Assembly (NCBI GenBank): GCA_964016885.1
Contig: OZ024748.1
Span: 25,234,001 to 25,298,000 of the forward strand
DNA length: 64,000 bases
Origin: Eledone cirrhosa
Taxonomy: Eukaryota
Direction of reading: 5' to 3'
The notes beneath the pieces are model-generated. The model saw only the letters and a list, made by a program, of their open reading frames with translations. It did not search any database and had not been told where the DNA came from. Each line of letters opens with the position of its first letter. Position 1 is the stretch's first letter. Position numbers and translations under genes: made by a program. Positions 12,701-26,800 of this stretch are shown here, one piece after another.

Positions 12701-15700
12701 TATATTTATATAGTCTCTTCATCTATATGTTTGTATCTATATAGTCTCTTCATCCATATCTTTATATTTATATAGTTTCTTCATCTATATCATTATATCT
12801 ATATAGTCTCTTCATCTATATCTTTATATTTATATAGTCTCTTCATCCATGTCTTTATATCTATATAGTCTCTTCATCTATATCTTTATATCTATATAGT
12901 CTCTTCATCCATATCTTTATATTTATATAGTCTCTTCATCTATATCTTTATATCTATATAGTCTCTTCATCCATATCTTTATATCTATATAGTCTCTTCA
13001 TCTATATCTTTATATTTATATAGTCTCTTCATCCATATCTTTATATTTATATAGTCTCCTCATCTATATCTTTATATTTATATAGTCTCTTCATCTATAT
13101 CTTTATATCTATATAGTCTCTTCATCCATATCTTTATATTTATATAGTTTCTTCATCTATATCTTTATATCTATATAGTCTCTTCATCTATATCTTTATA
13201 TTTATATAGTCTCTTCATCCATATCTTTATATCTATATATTCTCTTCATCTATATCTTTATATCCATATAGTCTCTTCATCTATATCTTTATATTTATAT
13301 AGTCTCTTCATCTATATCTTTATATTTATATAGTCTCTTCATCTATATCTTTATATTTATATAGTCTCTTCATCTATATCTTTATATCTATATAGTCTCT
13401 TCACCTATATCTTTATATCTATATAGTCTCTTCATCTATATCTTTATATCTATATAGTCTCTTCATCTATATCTTTATATCTATATAGTCTCTTCATCCA
13501 TATCTTTATATCTATATAGTCTCTTGATCCATATCTTTATATTTATATAGTCTCCTCATCTATATCTTTATATTTATATAGTCTCTTCATCTATATCTTT
13601 ATATTTATATAGACTCTTCATCCATATCTTTATATCTATATAGTCTCTTCATCCATATCTTTATATTTATATAGTCTCTTCATCTATATCTTTATATTTA
13701 TATAGTCTCTTCATCTATATCTTTATATCTATATAGTCTCTTCATCCATATCTTTATATTTATATAGTCTCCTCATCCATATCTTTATATCTATATAGTC
13801 TCTTCATCCATATCTTTATATTTATATAGTCTCTTCATCTATATCTTTATATTTATATAGTCTCTTCATCTATATCTTTATATCTATATATTCTCTTCAT
13901 CTATATCTTTATATCCATATAGTCTCTTCATCTATATCTTTATATTTATATAGTCTCTTCATCTATATCTTTATATTTATATAGTCTCTTCATCTATATC
14001 TTTATATCTATATAGTCTCTTCACCTATATCTTTATATCTGTATAGCCTCTTCATCTATATCTTTATATCTATATAGTCTCTTCATCTATATCTTTATAT
14101 CTATATAGTCTCTTCATCCATATCTTTATATCTATATAGTCTCTTCATCCATATCTTTATATTTATATACTCTCCTCATCTATATCTTTATATTTATATA
14201 GACTCTTCATCCATATCTTTATATTTATATAGTCTCTTCATCTATATCTTTATATCTATATAGTCTCTTCATCCATATCTTTATATCTATATAGTCTCTT
14301 CATCCATATCTTTATATTTATATAGTCTCTTCACCTATATCTTTATATTTATATAGTCTCTTCATCCATATCTTTATATTTATATAGTCTCTTCATCCAT
14401 ATCTTTATATCTATAAAGTCTCTTCATCTATATCTTTATATCTATATAGTCTCTTCACCTATATCTTTATATTTATATAGTCTCTTCATCCATATCTTTA
14501 TATTTATATAGTCTCTTCATCCATATATTTATATCTATATAGTCTCTTCATCCATATCTTTATATTTATATAGTCTCTTCATCTATATCTTTATATTTAT
14601 ATAGTCTCTTCATCTATATCTTTATATCTATATAGTCTCTTCATCCATATCTTTATATTTATATAGTCTCCTCATCCATATCTTTATATCTATATAGTCT
14701 CTTCATCCATATCTTTATATTTATATAGTCTCTTCATCTATATCTTTATATTTATATAGTCTCTTCATCTATATCTTTATATCTATATATTCTCTTCATC
14801 TATATCTTTATATCCATATAGTCTCTTCATCTATATCTTTATATTTATATAGTCTCTTCATCTATATCTTTATATTTATATAGTCTCTTCATCTATATCT
14901 TTATATCTATATAGTCTCTTCACCTATATCTTTATATCTGTATAGCCTCTTCATCTATATCTTTATATCTATATAGTCTCTTCATCTATATCTTTATATC
15001 TATATAGTCTCTTCATCCATATCTTTATATCTATATAGTCTCCTCATCTATATCTTTATATTTATATAGTCTCTTCATCTATATCTTTATATTTATATAG
15101 ACTCTTCATCCATATCTTTATATCTATATAGTCTCTTCATCCATATCTTTATATTTATATAGTCTCTTCATCTATATCTTTATATTTATATAGTCTCTTC
15201 ATCTATATCTTTATATCTATATAGTCTCTTCATCCATATCTTTATATTTATATAGTCTCCTCATCCATATCTTTATATCTATATAGTCTCTTCATCCATA
15301 TCTTTATATTTATATAGTCTCTTCATCTATATCTTTATATTTATATAGTCTCTTCATCCATATCTTTATATCTATATAGTCTATTCATCTATATCATCAT
15401 ATCTATATAGTCTCTTCATCTATATCTTTATATCCATATAGTCACTTCATCCATATCTTTATATCTATATAGTCTCTTCACCCATATCTTTATATTTATA
15501 TAGTCTCTTCATCTATATCTTTATATTTATATAGTCTCTTCATCTATATCTTTATATTTATATAGTCTCTTCATCCATATCTTTATATTTATATAGTCTC
15601 TTCATCCATATCTTTATATTTATATAGTCTCTTCATCTATATCTTTATATTTATATAGTCTCCTCATCCATATCTTTATATCTATATAGTCTGTTCATCC

Positions 15701-18700
15701 ATATCTTTATATTTATATAGTCTCTTCATCTATATCTTTATATCTATATAGTCTCTTCATCCATATCTTTATATCTATATAGTCTATTCATCTATATCTT
15801 TATATTTATATAGTCTCTTCATCTATATCTTTATATCTATATAGTCTCTTCACCTATATCTTTATATTTATATAGTCTCTTCATCCATATCTTTATATTT
15901 ATATAGTCTCTTCATCCATATATTTATATTTATATAGTCTCTTCATCCATATCTTTATATCTATAAAGTCTCTTCATCCATATCTTTATATTTATATAGT
16001 CTCTTCATCTATATCTTTATATCTATATAGTCTCTTCACCTATATCTTTATATTTATATAGTCTCTTCATCCATATCTTTATATCTATATAGTCTCTTCA
16101 CCTATATCTTTATATTTATAGAGTCTCTTCATCCATATCTTTATATTTATATAGTCTCTTCATCCATATCTTTATATCTATAAAGTCTCTTCATCTATAT
16201 CTTTATATCTATATAGTCTCTTCATCTATATCTTTATATCTATATAGTCTCTTCATCTATATCTTTATATCTATATAGTCTCTTCATCCATATCTTTATA
16301 TTTATATAGTCTCTTCACCTGTATCTTTATATCTATATAGTCTCTTCATCTATATCTTTATATTTATATAGTCTCTTCATCTATATCTTTATATTTATAT
16401 AGTCTCTTCATCCATATCTTTATATTTATATAGTCTCTTCACCTATATCTTTATATTTATATAGTCTCTTCACCTATATCTTTATATCTATATAGTCTCT
16501 TCATCTATATCTTTATATTTATATAGTCTCTTCACCTATATCTTTATATCTATATAGTCTCTTCATCTATATCTTTATATTTATATAGTCTCTTCATCTA
16601 TATCTTTATATCTATATAGTCTCTTCACCTATATCTTTATATCTATATAGTCTCTTCATCCATATCTTTATATTTATATAGTCTCTTCACCTATATCTTT
16701 ATATCTATATAGTCTCTTCGTCTATATCTTTATATCTATATAGTCTCTTCATCTATATCTTTATGTTTATATAGTCTCTTCATCTATATCTTTATATTTA
16801 TATAGTCTCTTCATCTATATCTTTATATTTATATAGTCTCTTCATCTATATCTTTATATTTATATAGACTCTTCATCCATATCTTTATATCTATATAGTC
16901 TCTTCATCCATATCTTTATATTTATATAGTCTCTTCATCTATATCTTTATATTTATATAGTCTCTTCATCTATATCTTTATATCTATATAGTCTCTTCAT
17001 CCATATCTTTATATCTATATAGTCTCTTCATCTATATCATCATATCTATATAGTCTCTTCATCTATATCTTTATATCCATATAGTCACTTCATCCATATC
17101 TTTATATCTATATAGTCTCTTCACCCATATCTTTATATTTATATAGTCTCTTCATCTATATCTTTATATTTATATAGTCTCTTCATCTATATCTTTATAT
17201 TTATATAGTCTCTTCATCCATATCTTTATATTTATATAGTCTCTTCATCCATATCTTTATATTTATATAGTCTCTTCATCTATATCTTTATATTTATATA
17301 GTCTCCTCATCCATATCTTTATATCTATATAGTCTCTTCATCCATATCTTTATATTTATATAGTCTCTTCATCTATATCTTTATATCTATATAGTCTCTT
17401 CATCCATATCTTTATATCTATATAGTCTCTTCATCCCTATCTTTATATTTATATAGTCTCTTCATCCATATCTTTATATTTATATAGTCTCTTCATCTAT
17501 ATCTTTATATTTATATAGTCTCTCACCTATATCTTTATATTTATATAGTCTCTTATCCATATCTTTATATTTATATAGTCTCTTCATCCATATCTTTATA
17601 TCTATATAGTCTCTTCATCCATATCTTTATATCTATATAGTCTCCTCATCCATATCTTTATATCTATATAGTCTCTTCATCCATATCTTTATATTTATAT
17701 AGTCTCTTCATCTATATCTTTATATCTATATAGTCTCTTCATCGATATCTTTATATTTATATAGTCTCTTCATCTATATCTTTATATCTATATAGCCTCT
17801 TCATCTATATCTTTATATCTATATAGTCTCTTCATCTATATCTTTATATGTATATAGTCTCTTCATCCATATCTTTATATCTATATAGTCTCTTCATCCA
17901 TATCTTTATATTTATATAGTCTCTTCATCTCTATCTTTATATCTATATAGTCTCTTCATCCATATCTTTATATTTATATAGTTTCTTCATCTATATCTTT
18001 ATATATATATAGTCTCTTCATCTATATCTTTATATTTATATAGTCTCTTCATCCATATCTTTATATCTATATATTCTCTTCATCTATATCTTTATATCCA
18101 TATAGTCTCTTCATCTATATCTTTATATTTATATAGTCTCTTCATCTATATCTTTATATTTATATAGTCTCTTCATCTATATCTTTATATTTATATAGTC
18201 TCTTCATCTATATCTTTATATCTATATAGTCTCTTCACCTATATCTTTATATCTATATAGTCTCTTCATCTATATCTTTATATCTATATAGTCTCTTCAT
18301 CTATATCTTTATATCCATATAGTCTCTTCATCTATATCTTTATATTTATATAGACTCTTCATCCATATCTTTATATTTATATAGTCTCTTCATCTATATG
18401 TTTATATCTATATAGTCTCTTCATCTATATCTTTATATTTATATAGTCTCTTCATCCATATCTTTATATTTATATAGTCTATTCATCTATATCTTTATAT
18501 CTATATAGTCTCTTCATCCATATCTTTATATTTATATAGTCTCTTCATCCATATCTTTATATTTATATAGTCTCTCCATCCATATCTTTATATTTATATA
18601 GTCTCTTCATCTATATCTTTATATCTATATAGTCTCTTCATCCATATCTTTATATTTATATAGTCTCTTCATCCATATCTTTATATTTATATAGTCTCTT

Positions 18701-20785
18701 CATCCATATCTTTATATTTATATAGTCTATTCATCTATATCTTTATATCTATATAGTCTCTTCATCCATATCTTTATATTTATATAGTCTCTTCATCCAT
18801 ATCTTTATATTTATATAGTCTATTCATCTATATCTTTATATCTATATAGTCTCTTCATCCATATCTTTATATTTATATAGTCTCTTCATCCATATCTTTA
18901 TATTTATATAGTCTCTTCATCTATATCTTTATATTTATATAGTCTCTTCACCTATATCTTTATATTTATATAGTCTCTTATCCATATCTTTATATTTATA
19001 TAGTCTCTTCATCCATATCTTTATATTTATATAGTCTCTTCATCTATATCTTTATATCTATATAGTCTCTTCATCCATATATTTATATCTATATAGTCTC
19101 TTCATCCCTATCTTTATATTTATATAGTCTCTTCATCCATATCTTTATATTTATATAGTCTCTTCATCTATATCTTTATATTTATATAGTCTCTTCACCT
19201 ATATCTTTATATTTATATAGTCTCTTATCCATATCTTTATATTTATATAGTCTCTTCATCCATATCTTTATATTTATATAGTCTCTTCATCTATATCTTT
19301 ATATCTATATAGTCTCTTCATCCATATCTTTATATCTATATAGTCTCCTCATCCATATCTTTATATCTATATAGTCTCTTCATCCATATCTTTATATTTA
19401 TATAGTCTCTTCATCTATATCTATATATTTATATAGTCTCTTCATCCATATCTTTATATCTATATAGTCTCTTCATCGATATCTTTATATTTATATAGTT
19501 TCTTCATCTATATCTTTATATCTATATAGTCTCTTCATCTATATCTTTATATTTATATAGTCTCTTCATCCATATCTTTATATCTATATATTCTCTTCAT
19601 CTATATCTTTATATCCATATAGTCTCTTCATCTATATCTTTATATTTATATAGTCTCTTCATCTATATCTTTATATTTATATAGTCTCTTCATCTATATC
19701 TTTATATTTATATAGTCTCTTCATCTATATCTTTATATCTATATAGTCTCTTCACCTATATCTTTATATCTATATAGCCTCTTCATCTATATCTTTATAT
19801 CTATATAGTCTCTTCATCTATATCTTTATATCTATATAGTCTCTTCATCCATATCTTTATATCTATATAGTCTCTTCATCCATATCTTTATATTTATATA
19901 GTCTCCTCATCTATATCTTTATATTTATATAGTCTCTTCATCTCTATCTTTATATCTATATAGTCTCTCCATCCATATCTTTATATTTATATAGTTTCTT
20001 CATCTATATCTTTATAAATATATAGTCTCTTCATCTATATCTTTATATTTATATAGTCTCTTCATCCATATCTTTATATCTATATATTCTCTTCATCTAT
20101 ATCTTTATATCCATATAGTCTCTTCATCTATATCTTTATATTTATATAGTCTCTTCATCTATATCTTTATATTTATATAGTCTTTTCATCTATATCTTTA
20201 TATTTATATAGTCTCTTCATCTATATCTTTATATCTATATAGTCTCTTCACCTATATCTTTATATCTATATAGTCTCTTCATCTATATCTTTATATCTAT
20301 ATAGTCTCTTCATCTATATCTTTATATCTATATAGTCTCTTCATCCATATCTTTATATCTATATAGTCTCTTCATCCATATCTTTATATTTATATAGTCT
20401 CCTCATCTATATCTTTATATTTATATAGTCTCTTCACCTATATCTTTATATTTATATAGTCTCTTCATCCATATCTTTATATCTATATAGTCTCTTCATC
20501 TATATCTTTATATTTATATAGTCTCTTCATCTATATCTTTATATTTATATAGTCTCATCATCCATATCTTTATATTTATATAGTCTCCTCATCCATATCT
20601 TTATATCTATATAGTCTCTTCATCCATATCTTTATATTTATATAGTCTCTTCATCGATATCTTTATATCTATATAGTCTCTTCATCCATATCTTTATATT
20701 TATATAGTCTCTTCACCTATATCTTTATATTTATATAGTCTCTTCACCTATATCTTTATATCTATATAGTCTCTTCATCCATATC
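6741..20785. repeat. 31-bp satellite, left block (~450 units), consensus ATAGTCTCTTCATCYATATCTTTATATYTAT
   Basis: Continuous 31-bp periodicity with recurrent variant units. Confidence 0.98.
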
Positions 20786-21035
20786 GTCTAATTCCTTAAT
20801 TCTATCGTATTCTCAAACAAAAAACAAAATCCTTCCCATTCTACTTCTTATAAATTACTTTAAATATATATATTATGCTACTTGAAAGTCAAAAAATCCG
20901 CTCTACGCCCTTCACCCTCCAGCTACTCCACGAGGGGCTGCAGTCAGCCACAATCTCTCTCCCCCTTCCCCTCTCTCTTTCTTCCCTTTCCCCTCTCTCT
21001 CTCTCTTCCCCTTCCCCTCTCTCTCATTCTTAGCT

Positions 21036-21076
<41 letters not shown>

Positions 21077-22071
21077 AGATAAGTTCTCCTTCATGTTTAT
21101 TCACTTTCGCCAATCCACCGCTGCTTCAATTATTCCTACTACGGTGTACCCATGTAAATCGTAAAGTACAAATTTTTCTCTATCTAGTCCACGCTCAATT
21201 TCGTACATAGTCCAAACATCCAATCTCGCAAAATCCGAAATCTGTATTTTTTGTTATCTATTTAAGGTTTAAATACGGTGTTTTTGTCGTATTGAACAGA
21301 ACAAATCTTGCAGTTTTGCTTTTTGTTAAATCGCTTGTTAAACATTCATAACCTTCCACGCTCAATTTCGTACATAGTCCAAACATCCAATCTCGCAAAA
21401 TCCGAAATCTGTATTTTTTTGTTATCTATTTAAGGTTTAAATACGGTGTTTTTGTCGTATTGAACAGAACAAATCTTGCAGTTTTGCTTTTTGTTAAATC
21501 GCTTGTTAAACATTCATAACCTTCCACGCTCAATTTCGTACATAGTCCAAACATCCAATCTCGCAAAATCCGAAATCTGTATTTTTTGTTATCTATTTAA
21601 GGTTTAAATACGGTGTTTTTGTCGTATTGAACAGAACAAATCTTGCAGTTTTGCTTTTTGTTAAATCGCTTGTTAAACATTCATAACCTTCCAGCTCCTC
21701 AATTCCTTAATTCTATCGTATTCTCCAATTCCTTAAATTCCTTAATTCTATCGTATCCCCAAACAAAAAACAAAATCCTTCCAATTCCTTAATTCTATCG
21801 TATTCTATCTTAATTCTCTCGTATCGTCCAATTCCTTAATTCTATCGTATTCTCAAACAAAAAACAAAATCCTTCCCATTCTACTTCTTATAAATTACTT
21901 TAAATATATATATTATGCTACTTGAAAGTCAAAAAATCCGCTCTACGCCCTTCACCCTCCAGCTACTCCACGAGGGGCTTCGGTCAGCCACAATCTCTCT
22001 CCCCCTTCCCCTCTCTCTTTCTTCCCTTTCCCCTCTCTCTCTCTTCCCCTTCCCCTCTCTCTCTCTCTTAG

Positions 22072-22164
<93 letters not shown>

Positions 22165-23867
22165 ATAAGTTCTCCTTCATGTTTATTCACTTTCGCCAAT
22201 CCATCGCTGCTTCAATTATTCCTACTACGGTGTACCCATGTAAATCGTAAAGTACAAATTTTTCTCTATCTAGACCACGATCAATTTCGTACATAGTCCA
22301 AACATCCAATCTCGCAAAATCCGAAATCTGTATTTTTTGTTATCTATTTAAGGTTTAAATACGGTGCTTTAGTCGTATTGAACAGAACAAATCTTGCAGT
22401 TTTGCTTTTTGTTAAATCGCTTGTTAAACATTCATAACCTTCCACGCTCAATTTCGTACATAGTCCAAACATCCAATCTCGCAAAATCCGAAATCTGTAT
22501 TTTTTGTTATCTATTTAAGGTTTAAATACGGTGTTTTTGTCGTATTGAACAGAACAAATCTTGCAGTTTTGCTTTTTGTTAAATCGCTTGTTAAACATTC
22601 ATAACCTTCCACGCTCAATTTCGTACATAGTCCAAACATCCAATCTCGCAAAATCCGAAATCTGTATTTTTTGTTATCTATTTAAGGTTTAAATACGGTG
22701 TTTTTGTCGTATTGAACAGAACAAATCTTGCAGTTTTGCTTTTTGTTAAATCGCTTGTTAAACATTCATAACCTTCCACGCTCAATTTCGTACATAGTCC
22801 AAACATCCAATCTCGCAAAATCCGAAATCTGTATTTTTTTGTTATCTATTTAAGGTTTAAATACGGTATTTTTGTCGTATTGAACAGAACAAATCTTGCA
22901 GTTTTGCTTTTTGTTAAATCGCTTGTTAAACATTCATAACCTTCCACGCTCAATTTCGTACATAGTCCAAACATCCAATCTCGCAAAATCCGAAATCTGT
23001 ATTTTTTGTTATCTATTTAAGGTTTAAATACGGTGTTTTTGTCGTATTGAACAGAACAAATCTTGCAGTTTTGCTTTTTGTTAAATCGCTTGTTAAACAT
23101 TCATAACCTTCCACGCTCAATTTCGTACATAGTCCAAACATCCAATCTCGCAAAATCCGAAATCTGTATTTTTTGTTATCTATTTAAGGTTTAAATACGG
23201 TGTTTTTGTCGTATTGAACAGAACAAATCTTGCAGTTTTGCTTTTTGTTAAATCGCTTGTTAAACATTCATAACCTTCCACGCTCAATTTCGTACATAGT
23301 CCAAACATCCAATCTCGCAAAATCCGAAATCTGTATTTTTTGTTATCTATTTAAGGTTTAAATACGGTGTTTTTGTCGTATTGAACAGAACAAATCTTGC
23401 AGTTTTGCTTTTTGTTAAATCGCTTGTTAAACATTCATAACCTTCCACGCTCAATTTCGTACATAGTCCAAACATCCAATCTCGCAAAATCCGAAATCTG
23501 TATTTTTTGTTATCTATTTAAGGTTTAAATACGGTGTTTTTGTCGTATTGAACAGAACAAATCTTGCAGTTTTGCTTTTTGTTAAATCGCTTGTTAAACA
23601 TTCATAACCTTCCACGCTCAATTTCGTACATAGTCCAAACATCCAATCTCGCAAAATCCGAAATCTGTATTTTTTGTTATCTATTTAAGGTTTAAATACG
23701 GTGTTTTTGTCGTATTGAACAGAACAAATCTTGCAGTTTTGCTTTTTGTTAAATCGCTTGTTAAACATTCATAACCTTCCACGCTCAATTTCGTACATAG
23801 TCCAAACATCCAATCTCGCAAAATCCGAAATCTGTATTTTTTGTTATCTATTTAAGGTTTAAATACG
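20786..23867. repeat. Composite block: two copies of a ~400-450 bp unit (CT-rich, (CA)n, (TA)n), each followed by 167-bp tandem repeats
   Basis: The unit recurs at a 1040-bp offset (atgctacttgaaag at 20875 and 21915). The 167-mer occurs x3 at 21189-21690 and x9.5 at 22275-23867, with near-identical copies. Confidence 0.95.
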
Positions 23868-26800
23868 CATCACCATTATTATTATAAGCCAGAGCCCCCC
23901 CCCCCCCCCCCCCCCACTCATCACCATTATTATTATTACGCGGACCAATCATAAGCCAGAGGCCTATACTATCGCTTGCCCGGTTGCCCTCGATATATGA
24001 TAGATGGATGGATGGATGGACGGACTGCGGAATACTGGAGAGTGGAAGGGAGAGAAAAATCTGGACGCTCAGAGCGAAAATGCCAAAGTTAAAGTCAAAT
24101 TCACCTCGTGGACGAGAATGCGAGCACTCCTCTTTGTTTCGTCCGCGGATGGCTAACATAACCCTATCTCCCCCCGCCCCCCACCACCCCCACCCTCCAA
24201 ACGCAACCCAAAACTTCAGAGTTGGTACCATAAATGTAGGCACCCTAAAGGGTCGCGCTAACGAGGTTGTAGAAATGCTTGAACGTAAGGAGGTCGATGT
24301 TTGTTGTATTCAAGAAACCAGGTGGAGGGCTGGGTCTGCTAGATTCATTGAGGGTAAAAAACGATGTTATAAGCTTTTCTGGGTGGGAAACGACGATGGG
24401 CTGGGTGGAGTAGGAATCATGGTAGCAGAAAAGTGGGCAGATAAGATAATAGACGTAAATAGAGTGAACGACAGAATAATTAAAATACGACTTGTCCTCA
24501 ATAGAACTACGGTGACAGTAATATCTGCGTACGCACCCCAATCCGGACTGCCCGGCACTATAAAAGACAGATTCTATGAGACACTGTTGCTAACTACCTC
24601 CCAAATATCTGACAGTGACTATATAATTATTGCAGGCGACCTAAATGGTCACGTTGGACAACATTGTGACGGCTACGACGAAATCCATGTAGGCTATGGG
24701 TTTGGTACTAGAAATGAGGAAGGCTCCAGAATCCTGGAATTCTGTGATGCAAATAACCTAACTATCTGTAACACTAACTTCAAAAAACGTGACAATCACC
24801 TGATCACCTATAGATCCGGGGAACACACAAGCCAGGTAGATTATATCCTTACCAGAAGACGTGACAGAGTGTCTGTTGTAAACACTAAATCCCTCCCCCA
24901 TGAAGAATGCACCTCCCAACATAGACTGATAATTAGCGACCTCATAGTTAGGACGAGACGTACTCGACAGCAGAAGAGGACTATCCTCAGGAGGAAAATA
25001 TGGAAACTAAAGGACCCCACAGCCAGAAATAAATTTCAAAGCATATTACTTGATGCTTTCGACAGTAAGGAAGAGCATCTAGAATCGGACAATATAGAGG
25101 GACAGTGGGAATTTCTGAAAGCAAACCTGCTGTTGGCGACAGGCGAAGTCTGTGGCTGGAGCAGGCCGGTAGGCAGGAGGAGAGTAACATGGTGGTGGAA
25201 CAGTAGGGTGGAGGGGTCAATTAAGGCCAAAAAGCAGGCTTGGAAAGTATGGCGGGATGGGGGAAGTAGAGTAGACTATCAAGTGGCCAGGAGGGAAGCT
25301 AGGAGAGAAGTGTACTTAGCAAGAAGGGAAGCTGAGGAAAGAAAGTTCAAGCATGTTCTACAATGCGATGACCAAAAACGTGAGGTGTTCAGGATTGCTA
25401 GGCAATGCGTCAAGGAAAACCGTGATATTGTCGGGGAGAAGTGTGTATTTAACGATGATGGCATACTTGCCATCACCGACACTGATAAGAAGGTAGCTTG
25501 GAAGTGTCACTATGAAAGGCTACTAAATGAGGAGAATAAATGGGAGAAAGACAGTCTCCCCCATATCGACCCAATAGAGGGACCAGCAGTGTTAGTCGAG
25601 GGGAGTATAATAAGTAAGGCAATCAAGGATATGAAGACGGGTAAGGCGGCTGGGCCTTCGGAAATAGTTGCTGAGATGCTGAAGGCATCTGGCACGGTGG
25701 GACACACCATGGTCACCCGCATAGTTAACCAAGTCGTACAGAATGGGGTTGTTCCGAAGGACTGGCATAGCAGCATCATCGTTAACTGTTATAAGGGTAA
25801 AGGAGACACCCTAGATAGGAGTAACTATAGAGGCATTAAATTAATCGACCAGGTTATGAAGGTCACGGAAAAAGTAATAGCGCAACTAATCAGAGAGAGA
25901 ATTGACCTAGATGAAATGCAGTTCGGGTTTGTGTCAGGCAAAAGCACCACAGACGCTCTTTTCATAGTACGACAACTACAGGAGAAGTACCTAGCTAAAG
26001 GTAAACCCCTCTACTTAGCTTTTGTCGACCTGGAGAAAGCCTTCGACAGAGTCCCCCGCTCCATTATCTGGTGGGCTCTTAGAAAACTAGGCGTTGACGA
26101 ATGGCTTGTGAGGGCTATACAAGCCATGTATAAAGAAACAGTCAGCAAGGTTAGAATTAACAACGAATATAGTGAAGAGTTTAGCGTAAAAGTTGGCGTC
26201 CATCAGGGCTCTGTTCTCAGCCCCCTACTATTTATTATTGCCCTTCAGGCTATAACAGAGGAGTTCAAGACAGGCTGCCCATGGGAACTCCTATACGCAG
26301 ACGACCTGACACTCATAGCGGAATCAATGGCCGAGCTAGAGAAGAAATTCCAAACATGGAAGCACGGCCTAGAGTCAAAAGGACTTAAAATTAACCTGGC
26401 TAAGACCAAAGTTCTAGTTTGTAGGAAAGAAAATAAGGCGGCGGTCCCTTCTGGGAAATGGTCGTGCTCGGTGTGTAGGAAAGGCGTAGGTAGAAACTCC
26501 ATTTTATGTCCTAAATGCAAAGTATGGGTGCATAAAAGATGTAGTGGGATCACAGGTAAGCTAACTAAGAACATAGATTTTACATGTGGCCGGTGTTCTG
26601 GTGCAATAAGTAGCAGCAAGTGCCCACAAAATACTAGCTCTTTCAATTGCGCAGAGGGTTCTATAGAAATAGTGGACAGCTTCCGTTACCTGGGCGATAA
26701 AATCAGCAGTGGGGGAGGGTGCTCTGAAAGTACTGTAGCTAGAGTCAGAACTGGTTGGAAAAAGTTCAGAGAGCTTATACCACTATTAGCTGCTAAAGGG

